A DNA stretch of 45,421 nt from a virus (Duplodnaviria; Caudoviricetes), in the IMG/VR virus record IMGVR_UViG_3300025738_000172, positions 1 through 45,421 of that record. One strand, written 5' to 3'. The notes under the pieces are model-generated. The model made no database searches. It worked only from the letters and a program-made list of their open reading frames with translations, and was not told the origin of the DNA. Made by a program: the position numbers and the translations under genes. Below, piece after piece: positions 8,878-19,625 of this stretch; position 1 is the stretch's first letter; every line of letters starts with the position of its first letter.

Positions 8878-9716
8878 ACTTCTCCTACGTTAAAGGGCGC
8901 TTTGTAATTATTAAAAAAATCTGCAGTAAATTCAGGTAAGTCATCAAACATACATGCCATGGCATAATTACGTTCTTTTTGACCACCGACACCGGGGAAC
9001 ATGGAAATATACCAGTCGGTATCGTCACCTGTTTGCTGGATTGCATTATAAAAATGTGGCCTGTCTGAATCATTGAGCCAATCAAGGGTAAAAGAAAACG
9101 CGCGAGGTCTTGCTTTTTTCTTAGCAAAACCACTGCCGCCACTGGTGCGTTTTTGTTTTGTTTGGCTTTTCCAACCCGATTTATGGCCATAACTAAAATT
9201 AAACCTTGGCTGTAATGCGCGACCAGCATAAATTCGGCCTATATCAATAAAACCGTGTTCATTATCTGGGTCAACAAGTGTAATGCGCATTGCTTGCACT
9301 GATATATCATCAAACCAGTGGTCACACGCTCGCAGCTTCATATCAACAACGGAGGCAACCAAGGGATCAATCAACCAATCAATTTCACCTAAGGTTTTTT
9401 GCTCAACAGCAGGAAGTACTAACGAGTCATACAATAAGGTTGTCATGGCTTCATCGCTAAATATTTCAATGTGCCACGTTGCTGAGTTACTAAAATTATT
9501 ACGCCACAAAACAACGCCTGACATAATGACCGGCTCTATCCATTTCATTGTAAATTGGGTTTGCGCTATATCCATTGTGCGAAATACGCGAGAATTACTG
9601 TATTTTTGCACGTTGCTCAGTGGCAAAGTGGCTATCTCAGTACCAATCGTTTGATTAATGACGGCCTTGTCTGCATCGTTAACAATTAACATGCGAATAT
9701 TATTATTTATTGGCAT
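8874..9716 (-). CDS. Tail tip/distal tail protein
   Basis: Position after tape measure and hub; IDIGRIYAG...P.FNFSYG pattern. Confidence 0.65.
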   Translation of the reverse strand: MPINNNIRMLIVNDADKAVINQTIGTEIATLPLSNVQKYSNSRVFRTMDIAQTQFTMKWIEPVIMSGVVLWRNNFSNSATWHIEIFSDEAMTTLLYDSLVLPAVEQKTLGEIDWLIDPLVASVVDMKLRACDHWFDDISVQAMRITLVDPDNEHGFIDIGRIYAGRALQPRFNFSYGHKSGWKSQTKQKRTSGGSGFAKKKARPRAFSFTLDWLNDSDRPHFYNAIQQTGDDTDWYISMFPGVGGQKERNYAMACMFDDLPEFTADFFNNYKAPFNVGEV

Positions 9717-9719
9717 TTA

Positions 9720-11135
9720 CTATCTCCATAATTCAACCACCACTTCACCTTCAATAGGATCATCTTTTAAGCTGATCACAATACCGTTATCCCCTGCTTC
9801 CAAACCATATTCCCAATGATAAAGAGAAACCTCATCACCTAAATCAAATAAGAACGGAGTACCTAAGGCATTTACTCGATAGATAGTGCGCTTAGCGCCA
9901 TACATAGCAGCTAACTTAACGCCCACCGATAACGCATCAACACTATCAACTAAGCAGGTATCTTTAGTTAAGGGCTCTGCATCGGGGTAATCTGGTAAGG
10001 TATTCGGTGTTGTTTCAACTTGATATGACTGGCTAAAGAGTTCGCGCTTTTCAGTGGTTACCCCACCCGCTAAACCATCACTTTGGTCGGTATGATTTTT
10101 ACGATAATTGATAATAACTTCTGAGGCAGGCTCAATTGTTTTTTTTATATTTACCCCATTTTCAAGCTGATCATCTAACGTTAGTTCGTGCATGGCCGTG
10201 CCTGTTATCTCTGGCATTATTGCGGCAACAAACTGACCTGCTCGGTTATACATGTGATAACCAACCAATGACTTGCAAATTAAATCAATAATAGTGCGTA
10301 GCTTGCGTGGCTCTCGTTGATAAATTCCTATTTTGTATGAAGGCAATCCTGATAAATCAGCAATATTGGTTTCATTAGTGAAGGTTGTTAATAACCAAGA
10401 AATTGTTTCACCCGGGTATTCTAAATATGTTGCAGGCTTTGCACCTTTTACATCACACGTTATACGACCAACTGCCGCTTGGTTTAATGTAAAGCTACCA
10501 TCAGCATTGTTTTTAGTGATTGCAATAGCAAGACCGTTATCGCGTACCTCTACAACATCTTCAACACCAATATAGTTAACGCAGTATTTATGTGTAGCTG
10601 CATTTTCAAGTACCGGTTCAATATTAAGTACATCACCAAGACAAAGCGGTTTTGCTTTGCCGGCATTAGGTCCTGCTGTGAATTTTCCGGTATCAATTAC
10701 CGTATCAAGTTTTAATGACGGGTCGCGCATTTGAATGCTCAGCTCATCATTACTCGTGACAACACGTTCCGCCAGTTGGTTACCAATGACAACAAAATCG
10801 GCAAGGGGCCATTCTTCATCACCAAGTAAATACGTCACTTCTTGCTTAAAAGTATTACCTTGCAATAAAGGGGTTAACCATTCGTGAGCAAATACTTTTA
10901 ATGCACTTCGACTTGCCGTTGAGCCACTAGAAAAAATAGCCATACTTTTTGAAAAAGTGGGAGCCTCGACAATCAAATCATCAAAGGGAATGTTACTAGG
11001 AGAATCGGTCGGTAAACTAACAAAAGGCGCTGTCGACAAATACGCTGTCTGTGCGCCATTATTAAAGTAATTAACCTTAGCTAAAAGGCAGCGTTGTTGC
11101 CCTGCTTTTTGCAGCCATTGTTCAATTAAGCTCAT
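9720..11135 (-). CDS. Tail tip/hub protein
   Basis: Directly follows tape measure; GKAKPLCLGDVLNIEPVL...VRDNG...GRITCDVKG. Confidence 0.65.
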   Translation of the reverse strand: MSLIEQWLQKAGQQRCLLAKVNYFNNGAQTAYLSTAPFVSLPTDSPSNIPFDDLIVEAPTFSKSMAIFSSGSTASRSALKVFAHEWLTPLLQGNTFKQEVTYLLGDEEWPLADFVVIGNQLAERVVTSNDELSIQMRDPSLKLDTVIDTGKFTAGPNAGKAKPLCLGDVLNIEPVLENAATHKYCVNYIGVEDVVEVRDNGLAIAITKNNADGSFTLNQAAVGRITCDVKGAKPATYLEYPGETISWLLTTFTNETNIADLSGLPSYKIGIYQREPRKLRTIIDLICKSLVGYHMYNRAGQFVAAIMPEITGTAMHELTLDDQLENGVNIKKTIEPASEVIINYRKNHTDQSDGLAGGVTTEKRELFSQSYQVETTPNTLPDYPDAEPLTKDTCLVDSVDALSVGVKLAAMYGAKRTIYRVNALGTPFLFDLGDEVSLYHWEYGLEAGDNGIVISLKDDPIEGEVVVELWR

Positions 11136-14100
11136 CCTGCTTTATCCAGTCGAGTCATGATTTCATCAATCATTCGCTCTTGCGTTTCCGCTTGATTATT
11201 TAATTGACGCATCAATGAATCAGCCCGTGCATCAGCCGCTTGTGATTTAGCTTCTTCTTGTTTAATACGAGCATTTAATGCCTCGTTTTGTTCGCCTAGC
11301 ATTTTTACTACGCTACCAAGTTCGTCAGTTACGTCTCTGTTCATTTGATGAATAGCCGTAGTTTGCTCTACAACTAATACATTTTGCTCAGTCACAATGG
11401 TTAACTGGTTATTTAACGTGGTATTAAGCTCTTGTGTATTCGCTGCAGCTTGTGCATTTATTTCTAGCGTATCAGCATCAAGTTGCTCAATGAGTAATGC
11501 TGAGTTAACTTCAAGTTGAAACGCTAGGTCAGTCATTGCTAAATCAAAGCTTTCTTGATTTTGTAACTCTAACTCGGCACTTAATTCTCTAAGCCCTGTC
11601 AGCTCTGCAATAGTTGATAACTGCAACTCTTGAATCGCGGCATTATGTTCGCGTATTTCTTCAGGAACAGGTAATGCGCTTGGCTCAGTTGGTGCCACAA
11701 GGCTGGTGTTAGCAATATTCGATGCTTCACCAATGACTTGGTCAAAAATGTCTTGATAGGCACTAGAGCTTGCATAATACTTTTGCGCTTCAGCAAGGTA
11801 GTTATTTTGTGATGTTGATAATTGTGCAACCGCATCAGCATCACCGCCCTTAGCGGCAGCAAGTGTACTTTGATATTGGTTTTTTGATTCGGTTAAACGT
11901 TCTGCATTAGTGAGCGTTGAAAAATCACTTAATAATAAGCTGTCAACAGCCTCTTTGAGTGAATCAAGCGCAGAGCGCATGCTGTTATAAACTTCTAATT
12001 CAGCTTGATAGCGTGTTTCAATATTTGCTAACTGCTCGTCATAAGCACTACGCGTTGCATCACGAGAAGCATTGATACTTGCAAGCTCTGCATTGTATTT
12101 GTTGATATGCGCTTGTTGTAAGCTGTCAATATTGCCAATTTGGTCTGATATTGAACCCTGCCCAAGTAGTGAAGATAAATCACTTACTTGAGTTGATTGA
12201 TAATTACTTTCTGACCAACCCTCACCTTGTCTGCGAATAGACAAAATACCTGAGGCTATCGAGGCATTAAGTGAACTAAATGCTGAAACAAGTTTGTCGT
12301 TATTGCTGATTAATTCATTAACCGCTTTTTCATGATCACGGGTTAATGTATCCATTGAACGTTCGTGAGCATCGTTAACTTTTGCTAAAGCATCGTCAAT
12401 TATTTTCTGACGATTTCTAGCATACAGCTCTTCTAATAATGCTGTCTCTAGACCAAGTTCTTGAGCCTCATTAAATGAATTCAAGAAGCTATTCTGTAAA
12501 TCTTCCAGTTGAATTTGCAACGGTGACATATCAAGGCGTTCAAGTTGAGTTTGAATGTCATCAGTAAATGATTTTCTTGCATCACTTAGTTCTTTTTCAG
12601 CATCAATTTGGTTTTCAAGCGCATCGTAGTATTCAGACGTTTGGCCCGACAATAATAATAACTGTGCGTAAAGTTTTTGGTCTGCTTCATTTAAAGGATC
12701 TAATGCAGAAACTAAATCTCTGAAACCTTCTTTTGTTTTAGGAACCGTTAGACCTAATGCGGTAAATTGAGCATTAAGCTGTTTTTGCATGTATTCAAAC
12801 TGTTCTGCTTCGCTATAAAATTCATTAAAGAAAGTGCCAGCAGCACTTTGTAACACTTCAATACCACCTGCATACCCGATAATAGCCTGAGTAGCCGCAA
12901 TGGTTTGATTAGCATCAACACTGGCGAATGTATTGCCCGTCAGTTCAAGTACTGAATTAAAAACAGCTTGCTCTTGAGCAAGGCGAATAAGGGTTTCATA
13001 CAACCCCTCCCCCACTTGCTGAAATTCAGCTAAGCCTGGTATTAAATAAGTGGCCATCAAATCAGCTTGAGAGCTAAACATAGCTTGTAGCTCTGCTTGT
13101 ATTTCATCACCACTCAAATCTTTAAAGCTGATATTTGGTAGGTCGATAACAAAACTATCTAAGGAGCGCGTAAGATCAAAACCAAGCACGTCCACTGCAC
13201 TGGTAATGCTTGAGCCAATATCAGCAAATATTAAGGCTAATTCATGCTTTAACTGTTCATTAACATCTTGCGTTTCTGTGTTGTAACTGGTTTTAGATGA
13301 CAAACCCCAAAACGATTTCTTTTTAGTTTTTACATCAAAGTAGGCTTGAGCTTGCACTAAACCACTATTAATAATATCACCAAGGGTTTGGCTAACGATG
13401 CTAATACCTGAATCAACTAGTGAACGTTTTTTTGTAGAAAACTTTTGTACTATTGAGTCCAAGAAATCACCAACGGGATCGCCTAAAAAGGTTCCTGATT
13501 CATGCATCGCTGCAATCTTCCCTGACCATTTATGTGATTCGCCCAAGTCTCCGCCATAACTATCGCTATTAAACTTGCCAAAATTGCTTACGAAGCTAGT
13601 CGCTAAATGAGTAATGTTATTGTTTAAATCATGCAAGCTAGTGTTCATTTCACGTAGTACAGCGTATTGATCAAGTTCAAGTTCTTCAATACGTTCAAAG
13701 CTATTATTAAGTGATTGTGATTTTTCGTCACTACCTAAGACTGTACCTGTACTTTGTGTTTTTTGACGTTCTTCACTGCTCGCAGGAGCCGAGCCAGAGC
13801 CACCGGAAACAGCTACGCCTAAGCCAGCTATAATAGCAATCATGGCAGCGCCCGAAGCAAAACCAATTGGCCAAGGCGCAGCAAAAGCGGCTGTTATAGC
13901 TTCGATGGCATAACTACCAATACGTAATGCAGAATTGGCTAGTTCAATTGCAGTAAACACATCACTGGCAGCTTGCATTGCTTTACGGCCTTTTGAGTGT
14001 TCACTAAACATAGAAGCAGCTGAGTCAGTAATTGCCCGGTACGAGCTTATTTCACTCATAGCATTACCGGCTTTTTGTTTGGCGAGGGAATTTTCAGCTT

Positions 14101-16084
14101 TACCTATTTCACCTAATTTTTTTGGATCATCAGCATATTTAACTTTATCTGCAGCAAGCTTTTTTTGTTTTTTAGCGTAGTTTTCTTGTTGCTGAGCTAA
14201 TTTATCCAGTTGCTCACCGATAGTGCCAAACGTATTGACAATAACATTTCCTGCTGCGCTCCAGCTTTCCCCAATATCGTTAGCACCATCGATTATTTTT
14301 TGGTAATAATCACTGTCTGATTGTTTCTGTTTGTCTATTTGTGATTGTTCATATAGTGCAGCTGTAAGCTCTTTTATCTTCGCTATTTCACCATCTTTGA
14401 TCTCACTTGAAAGCTTACTTAGGTTAATTTCTTCTAGCTTTTTGATCCCTGTTAATTTACTTATTTTTAATTGGTTTTGAAGTGAGGCTATAAGCTTTTG
14501 ATTGGTCGTTAGTTCGCTTTTTGCTAAGCTAATTTTATCTTTACTCTTACTGGTGTTTTTTTGTGTTGCTTTAGTACTTTTTTCTTGCGCATATTCAAAA
14601 TTAATTAAACTAACAATTATTTTATCTATAGTTTCAATATCTTTATTGCGTTGTTCATTGAGCAATGCTAATTCTTTCTTGGCAGCTTTGGCTGTATCAC
14701 TACTACCTGATAAGCTTTCAGAAAAATCTCTATAGCCTTTCGCCATATCATCAGCGCCAACATTGGCTAACCCATCGGCTATTAAACTGTATAATGAACC
14801 TAATTTGTTCTTTAGATAGGTGGTTAGTTCACCCCATACTTGTTTTGCTTTAGGAGCAATCGCTGAAAAGGAATACGACAAGTTAACTAACCCCGTTTCC
14901 ATAGCACCGACAAATGCCAATCCTGCAATCCTGACTTCTACAAACTGCTCACGTAAAAGACTACCAATTTCCCAACCGGCAAAAGCAGCAAACAAACCTA
15001 ATGTAACCGTTTTTAGTACGCCAAAAGCAGTTATAGCACTCCATGTTGCAGCGGTTGATGCTATTAAACTTGTCGTAAATAATGCTAAAGGGCCAACACC
15101 CGCGGTATAAGCCATTGATGTAGCCAAGACATTCATTGCTAAGAATCTTTTTGCGGCTGCAGCTAAAGTTACTGCAATAGTTATCGCTTTAAATCCTAAC
15201 ACTAAGGCCCCGCCAACCATGACAATTTTGCCTAGTGTGGCTAATGAAGCAACAAGCACCTTTAATGCGCTACCGAAAGATTGAATGTTTTCTTTTGTGA
15301 TACCAATCTCTAGGCTCCATCCCCTAAAGTGATCACCCAAGGCAATAGTAAGTATTTCACCTATATTTTCTCTAACATCACCGAGGGCATTACTAAACTG
15401 CGTAAACCCACCAGTTGATGCAGATCCTAATGCTTTGTTGGTTCCGCCAACTTGGTCTTCAATTTCACCTAATATTGCCTCAAAATCTTTTGATTTTTTA
15501 GTCGCTTCAGAAAGTGATATGCCCGCAATAGACAGCGCCCCTGTTAAACCCATGGAGGCTTTACCGAGTAGGTTGGCGGCTCGAACTGCATCACCGCCCA
15601 TTTTAGCAGTTAAATCGGCCATTACTCGTGTGGTTCTTGGTAGTAACTCGTCGGTAATATCTTTGTATGTGGTTAAAAATGACTGGCCTTTAATGAGTAC
15701 TTCATCGCCTATAATCCCTTCTTTTTGTATTTGTGACGCTAATTTTTGTAATTGAGAAGATAAACCGACAGTTGTTCTTCCCATTGAACCAATAGATGCA
15801 TCAAGTAAAGAAACAGCTTGTTCTTGCTGTGTAAAGTCATCAATAAATTGCTTACCCAATGTAATGCTAGCAATAGAGGCGACAGCGCCAATAACTGATG
15901 CTTTTAACAAGCCAAACTTACCAGCCATTTTCCCAATAGAATCATTAGTTTTTTTAGTTTCGTATTGAAAACGCTTTTGCTTACTATTAAGTTTAGTTAA
16001 CTCGTCTTTAGTGGCTTTAACAGCAGACACGCCACCTTTAGCGTTGCCCTTGATGACCAAACCAACTTGATAATTCTTAGCCAT
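11132..16084 (-). CDS. Tail tape measure protein
   Basis: About 1650 aa, Ala/Leu-rich helical with hydrophobic segments; follows tail chaperones; ATG at 16084. Confidence 0.92.
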   Translation of the reverse strand: MAKNYQVGLVIKGNAKGGVSAVKATKDELTKLNSKQKRFQYETKKTNDSIGKMAGKFGLLKASVIGAVASIASITLGKQFIDDFTQQEQAVSLLDASIGSMGRTTVGLSSQLQKLASQIQKEGIIGDEVLIKGQSFLTTYKDITDELLPRTTRVMADLTAKMGGDAVRAANLLGKASMGLTGALSIAGISLSEATKKSKDFEAILGEIEDQVGGTNKALGSASTGGFTQFSNALGDVRENIGEILTIALGDHFRGWSLEIGITKENIQSFGSALKVLVASLATLGKIVMVGGALVLGFKAITIAVTLAAAAKRFLAMNVLATSMAYTAGVGPLALFTTSLIASTAATWSAITAFGVLKTVTLGLFAAFAGWEIGSLLREQFVEVRIAGLAFVGAMETGLVNLSYSFSAIAPKAKQVWGELTTYLKNKLGSLYSLIADGLANVGADDMAKGYRDFSESLSGSSDTAKAAKKELALLNEQRNKDIETIDKIIVSLINFEYAQEKSTKATQKNTSKSKDKISLAKSELTTNQKLIASLQNQLKISKLTGIKKLEEINLSKLSSEIKDGEIAKIKELTAALYEQSQIDKQKQSDSDYYQKIIDGANDIGESWSAAGNVIVNTFGTIGEQLDKLAQQQENYAKKQKKLAADKVKYADDPKKLGEIGKAENSLAKQKAGNAMSEISSYRAITDSAASMFSEHSKGRKAMQAASDVFTAIELANSALRIGSYAIEAITAAFAAPWPIGFASGAAMIAIIAGLGVAVSGGSGSAPASSEERQKTQSTGTVLGSDEKSQSLNNSFERIEELELDQYAVLREMNTSLHDLNNNITHLATSFVSNFGKFNSDSYGGDLGESHKWSGKIAAMHESGTFLGDPVGDFLDSIVQKFSTKKRSLVDSGISIVSQTLGDIINSGLVQAQAYFDVKTKKKSFWGLSSKTSYNTETQDVNEQLKHELALIFADIGSSITSAVDVLGFDLTRSLDSFVIDLPNISFKDLSGDEIQAELQAMFSSQADLMATYLIPGLAEFQQVGEGLYETLIRLAQEQAVFNSVLELTGNTFASVDANQTIAATQAIIGYAGGIEVLQSAAGTFFNEFYSEAEQFEYMQKQLNAQFTALGLTVPKTKEGFRDLVSALDPLNEADQKLYAQLLLLSGQTSEYYDALENQIDAEKELSDARKSFTDDIQTQLERLDMSPLQIQLEDLQNSFLNSFNEAQELGLETALLEELYARNRQKIIDDALAKVNDAHERSMDTLTRDHEKAVNELISNNDKLVSAFSSLNASIASGILSIRRQGEGWSESNYQSTQVSDLSSLLGQGSISDQIGNIDSLQQAHINKYNAELASINASRDATRSAYDEQLANIETRYQAELEVYNSMRSALDSLKEAVDSLLLSDFSTLTNAERLTESKNQYQSTLAAAKGGDADAVAQLSTSQNNYLAEAQKYYASSSAYQDIFDQVIGEASNIANTSLVAPTEPSALPVPEEIREHNAAIQELQLSTIAELTGLRELSAELELQNQESFDLAMTDLAFQLEVNSALLIEQLDADTLEINAQAAANTQELNTTLNNQLTIVTEQNVLVVEQTTAIHQMNRDVTDELGSVVKMLGEQNEALNARIKQEEAKSQAADARADSLMRQLNNQAETQERMIDEIMTRLDKAG

Positions 16085-16385
16085 TATTCTTCCGTTGCTC
16101 GCTGATTGCTGATAAAAAACCGCTTTCAATAAAGCGAACTTCTTCAAAACGTGATGGTTGTTTTTCTGTTGGTATTGCAGTCATTATCATGACTGACTGT
16201 AAAGCAGGATAATTAAGCCCTGTTACGCCTGACATACTGACATTCCACTGGGTTTGGCACTGTTGAAACAGGTTGTAAGCAGGGAAGTTTTCATCCCATA
16301 CCCCGAACTCGTTTTCTTGACTTTGCTTTTGCCAAAAGGCATCTGCATCACCATTAATTTGAATAACGTCCATGTCATCTTGCAA
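16077..16385 (-). CDS. Tail assembly chaperone GT-part (DUF1799-like), reached by -1 frameshift
   Basis: VWDENFPAYNLF..CQTQW..SMSGVTGLNYPAL; frame open back to the slippery site at 16445-16451. Confidence 0.8.
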   Translation of the reverse strand: MQDDMDVIQINGDADAFWQKQSQENEFGVWDENFPAYNLFQQCQTQWNVSMSGVTGLNYPALQSVMIMTAIPTEKQPSRFEEVRFIESGFLSAISEQRKNNG

Positions 16386-16441
16386 ATCTTGCTCGGCAGT
16401 TTCACCGCTATTTGAACTAGCGAGATACCTACCAAGCGCTA

Positions 16442-16795
16442 TTAGTTTTTTGCTTTAAGCGCCTCGCGACCAACAATGACTTCCATAAACTTTTTAATCA
16501 TTGGGCGTCGAACGTATTCCATTTCTAATAACTGATCTAAAATGTCACTGTCATATGAAACTTTACTTTTGTCTTCATCGAGTAAACCTTCAATATTGAT
16601 AATATTTTCACGCAACACTTCATCGTCGTTAATGTCACCGGCTGCTGAGTCTTCAAGTAACTGCTTAGTTTCAGAGACTGGCAGTTTTTTGAACTCGACA
16701 ACAATTTCAGAACGCTTTATTTTTCCCAGATCAGTAGGTACATCAATGATGACTTTTTCTTTAATGCTAATAACTCGTTTGATAATAAAAGACAT
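16442..16795 (-). CDS. Tail assembly chaperone (G-like)
   Basis: Between tail tube and tape measure; ends GCA AAA AAC TAA. Confidence 0.85.
   Translation of the reverse strand: MSFIIKRVISIKEKVIIDVPTDLGKIKRSEIVVEFKKLPVSETKQLLEDSAAGDINDDEVLRENIINIEGLLDEDKSKVSYDSDILDQLLEMEYVRRPMIKKFMEVIVGREALKAKN
16445..16451 (-). other. Programmed -1 ribosomal frameshift site A AAA AAC
   Basis: X XXY YYZ heptamer before the stop; -1 frame reads LIALGRYLASS...QDDMD into the next ORF. Confidence 0.8.
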
Positions 16796-16905
16796 AATAT
16801 TTTCTCGCCGTTAATAAATTAAATTGATAGTTAGTTTGATTAGTAAGCCGTGAGTAATTAAACGATCAGACAACGCACGGCTAAACACGTTGCCCGACCT
16901 AAACT

Positions 16906-17847
16906 TTATTTAATAGTTAAAAGGAACTCGTCATCACCTGCATCAGGTATAAATGACAAACCTAAGTTGTAATGAAGCTCACCATCACCGTCTTGCATGG
17001 CTATCGTGGTTAACTGAACTTTAGGGGCATCAATTTGTACAATGTTGCCTGCTGTGGTTCCGTGGATAAGTGACAAAGCCTGAACAGTTATGCCGTTATG
17101 ACTTTCAACTTCAGCAAAGAAGTTTTTAGTACTCACATCTGGCGCTTGTACGCTTGTAGAGCCTGTTGGCTTACGGTCGGTAACAATTACTTCGTTTTGA
17201 TTAATAACATTTCGCGCTTTTACATCACTGGCCATATCAAAAGAGATACTTTCTGCAATGGGGCTGTATGCACCAATGGTTAGCGATGTTTGTGCATTTG
17301 AAATAGGTAATGGATCAGCAAATGAACTGTGATCTGCAATAATGGCGGCCACATCTTCTGGTGTTTTGTAGAATCCAATGAATTTAAAGCTGATCATTGG
17401 AATGCTTTCTTTCGAAAAGCCAAAAGAAGCTGAGCCTCGAGCACCAACCACTTGGTGAAGTTGATTCGTGCCTGCATTGTTTTTCTGTAAGTAGGCTAGC
17501 GTGACTGATTCATAGCCAGAGGAAACTGGCTGATAAATTACATCAGTACCAACATTGATTGTTTCACTAAAACCTGACGAACGTAATAAGCAACCGTAAC
17601 CTGGTACATCACCAGCTGTTTTGGCACCAGCCAATTCAACATCGAAAGTTATCTCAACGAATGGGTTAGTATTGATTTGCTCACTGTTACCCAAACTTGC
17701 TCTATCTGTATCACGACTTATGGTATTGCCGCTATATGGATTAATGCTTAAATTCTTTGTCAGCATTGCTTCAGCGCCAGTTAACACACTGCCGACACCA
17801 TAAACACCTTCGATTTTTGCTAATAGCGTTTTAGCTCGAAATTTCAT
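16906..17847 (-). CDS. Major tail tube protein
   Basis: LLAKIE..YG, HGTTAGNIVQIDAPKVQL, P.AGDDEF. Confidence 0.85.
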   Translation of the reverse strand: MKFRAKTLLAKIEGVYGVGSVLTGAEAMLTKNLSINPYSGNTISRDTDRASLGNSEQINTNPFVEITFDVELAGAKTAGDVPGYGCLLRSSGFSETINVGTDVIYQPVSSGYESVTLAYLQKNNAGTNQLHQVVGARGSASFGFSKESIPMISFKFIGFYKTPEDVAAIIADHSSFADPLPISNAQTSLTIGAYSPIAESISFDMASDVKARNVINQNEVIVTDRKPTGSTSVQAPDVSTKNFFAEVESHNGITVQALSLIHGTTAGNIVQIDAPKVQLTTIAMQDGDGELHYNLGLSFIPDAGDDEFLLTIK

Positions 17848-17999
17848 TATTTAGCTCCCGTTGGTTTTACTTTTTTTGCAGGTGCTTTACTATTCGCAGC
17901 CGCTATTTTTTCACTGTGCAACATGGTTGGTTGCTGATTTGTTTGATGTTTCAGGACGCGTTTACCGTCCACAATTTCAAAGCTGCCGCCTTTATTCAT
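17847..17999 (-). CDS. 50-aa hypothetical protein (MNKGGSFEIVDGKRVL...)
   Basis: RBS GAGG; TAATG overlap with tail tube start; absent from the ORF track. Confidence 0.65.
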   Translation of the reverse strand: MNKGGSFEIVDGKRVLKHQTNQQPTMLHSEKIAAANSKAPAKKVKPTGAK

Positions 18000-18026
18000 G
18001 AGTAACCTCTATTGATTTTTAGGTAT

Positions 18027-18051
18027 AAAAAAACCACCTAAAAGGTGGTTT
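18027..18051 (-). terminator. Rho-independent terminator
   Basis: AAACCACCT-AAA-AGGTGGTTT with U-tract on the minus strand. Confidence 0.7.
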
Positions 18052-18061
18052 GTGTGATTAT

Positions 18062-18796
18062 TTATGTAACTTGCTTAATCATGTTGGAGTCTTGATATAT
18101 TTCTCGCCAAATCCTCAAGCCTCCTTCGTTCTCTAGAGGTGAGCCGCGAGCAAATTGCATTTCAAAGTGTTGTGGTGTTTGTTGAAACCCCAGTAGCTTA
18201 TTTCTAACTACAGTTTGAAGTGCTGCGACATCGTTACCTGCTGTTAAAATGGCGATACCATAAGTGCTATTTGTTTTTTGCTTAATCAAGTTGTCGTAAT
18301 CACTTTCTTCACCGTCTTGCCCTACGCAATAAACCAATAAAGCAGGGGTTTCACCATTAACACCTGTAGCCGGTACAGTGAATGAAACTTCCAAGTCTAA
18401 ACGGAAGCATTCACGTTCAGATTCATGGTCTTTTTGCTTATCTAGAATTTCAATTGCATAATCGCAAGCTACTAGCGTTTTAAGTAACTCTTTAGATTTA
18501 ACGGCAAGAGCATCAAGTGACTTTTCCCGTAACGAAATAATAAAAGTATCTACTTGCGTTAATAAGTGTTTTTCAAAGTATTGGTTTTTACCGCCTACTA
18601 ACATGTAAACAATATTTGGATAATCTGGTGTTTCTGGTAGTTTCAACGAGTGAACGTCAGGGGTTACCGTTGATAAAACAGTTGTCAACAAAGCCTCTGT
18701 GTCAATCTGTGGTGTGGTTGATGCACTACCCGCTTCGGCTACTTGTTTAAATTCGATAGCAGAAGCTAGATGAACAATAATCTTTTGCAAATTCAT
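18062..18796 (-). CDS. Tail terminator/completion protein (DUF3168-like, double length)
   Basis: LKLPETPDYPNIVY motif; position after the gp10-like gene. Confidence 0.65.
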   Translation of the reverse strand: MNLQKIIVHLASAIEFKQVAEAGSASTTPQIDTEALLTTVLSTVTPDVHSLKLPETPDYPNIVYMLVGGKNQYFEKHLLTQVDTFIISLREKSLDALAVKSKELLKTLVACDYAIEILDKQKDHESERECFRLDLEVSFTVPATGVNGETPALLVYCVGQDGEESDYDNLIKQKTNSTYGIAILTAGNDVAALQTVVRNKLLGFQQTPQHFEMQFARGSPLENEGGLRIWREIYQDSNMIKQVT

Positions 18797-19302
18797 TGTG
18801 CTCTGATCCTATCAAGTGATTTAGCCATACCTTTGTAAAATAATCCCTGCAAGTTACTTTCGTTATCTTGTAATGCGTCAGCCATAAAAGGGCTTGCTTT
18901 GATACCAGGATGCTTTATTTTTCCTGAAGCATAACCAGTAGGACCTACTTTCATCGGTTTGTTATTTGATTCGATAACATGGGCTTTTACGCCATTCTCA
19001 ACTAGGTTAGCTTTTCTTGATTGACTAAAGCCATTCACTTTTTTATTAGGACCAACCAAAATAGCAACATCATCAGGAGCAACATTTAAGCGGGACTTTT
19101 GTCTTTTGTTTAAAGATTTATGATTGATACTTTGTGCTAGATAACCCTGATCTCTTGGTGCATTTGAAGCCATGGACTTTTTAAGGGGTTTACTTAAAGC
19201 AACCAAACCAGATCTAACAACTTTATTTCTGGTTACCTCTTCAAGCTTGTCTAAGTCTTTAAGTAATGTACTTAATTGGCTGTCTAGGTCGATAGAAATC
19301 AT
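18793..19302 (-). CDS. HK97 gp10-family neck protein
   Basis: APRDQGYLAQSI...LVENG...HPGIKASPFM. Confidence 0.85.
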   Translation of the reverse strand: MISIDLDSQLSTLLKDLDKLEEVTRNKVVRSGLVALSKPLKKSMASNAPRDQGYLAQSINHKSLNKRQKSRLNVAPDDVAILVGPNKKVNGFSQSRKANLVENGVKAHVIESNNKPMKVGPTGYASGKIKHPGIKASPFMADALQDNESNLQGLFYKGMAKSLDRIRAQ

Positions 19303-19304
19303 TG

Positions 19305-19625
19305 CTAACTCCGCTTTTCTGCGTCAATAATCAATTCTTTACGTGTACCGAGTAAATCTCGACAACTAGTAATATTGAATTCAGTACCATTGAAGATCAA
19401 GCGGTTGTCTTCGCTAACGTTCGCTGTGTAGCGAATAAAAATTATTAACTTAACTTTGCGGCTTTTACCATGATCACTGTCGTTTTCATCAGTTCTAGGC
19501 TGAGTTACTTTTGCTCGCACTGTTTTAAGTGGTAAATACTGTTCTTCTTTGCCGTAAGTACCGTTAACTTTGGTACGCTTTAAGAACGTTATTTTGTTGC
19601 GTAAGTCGCCAGATTTTAAAGCCAC
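19305..19625 (-). CDS. Head closure/head-tail adaptor protein
   Basis: SGDLRNKITF...IFIRY...FNITS. Confidence 0.85.
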   Translation of the reverse strand: MALKSGDLRNKITFLKRTKVNGTYGKEEQYLPLKTVRAKVTQPRTDENDSDHGKSRKVKLIIFIRYTANVSEDNRLIFNGTEFNITSCRDLLGTRKELIIDAEKRS

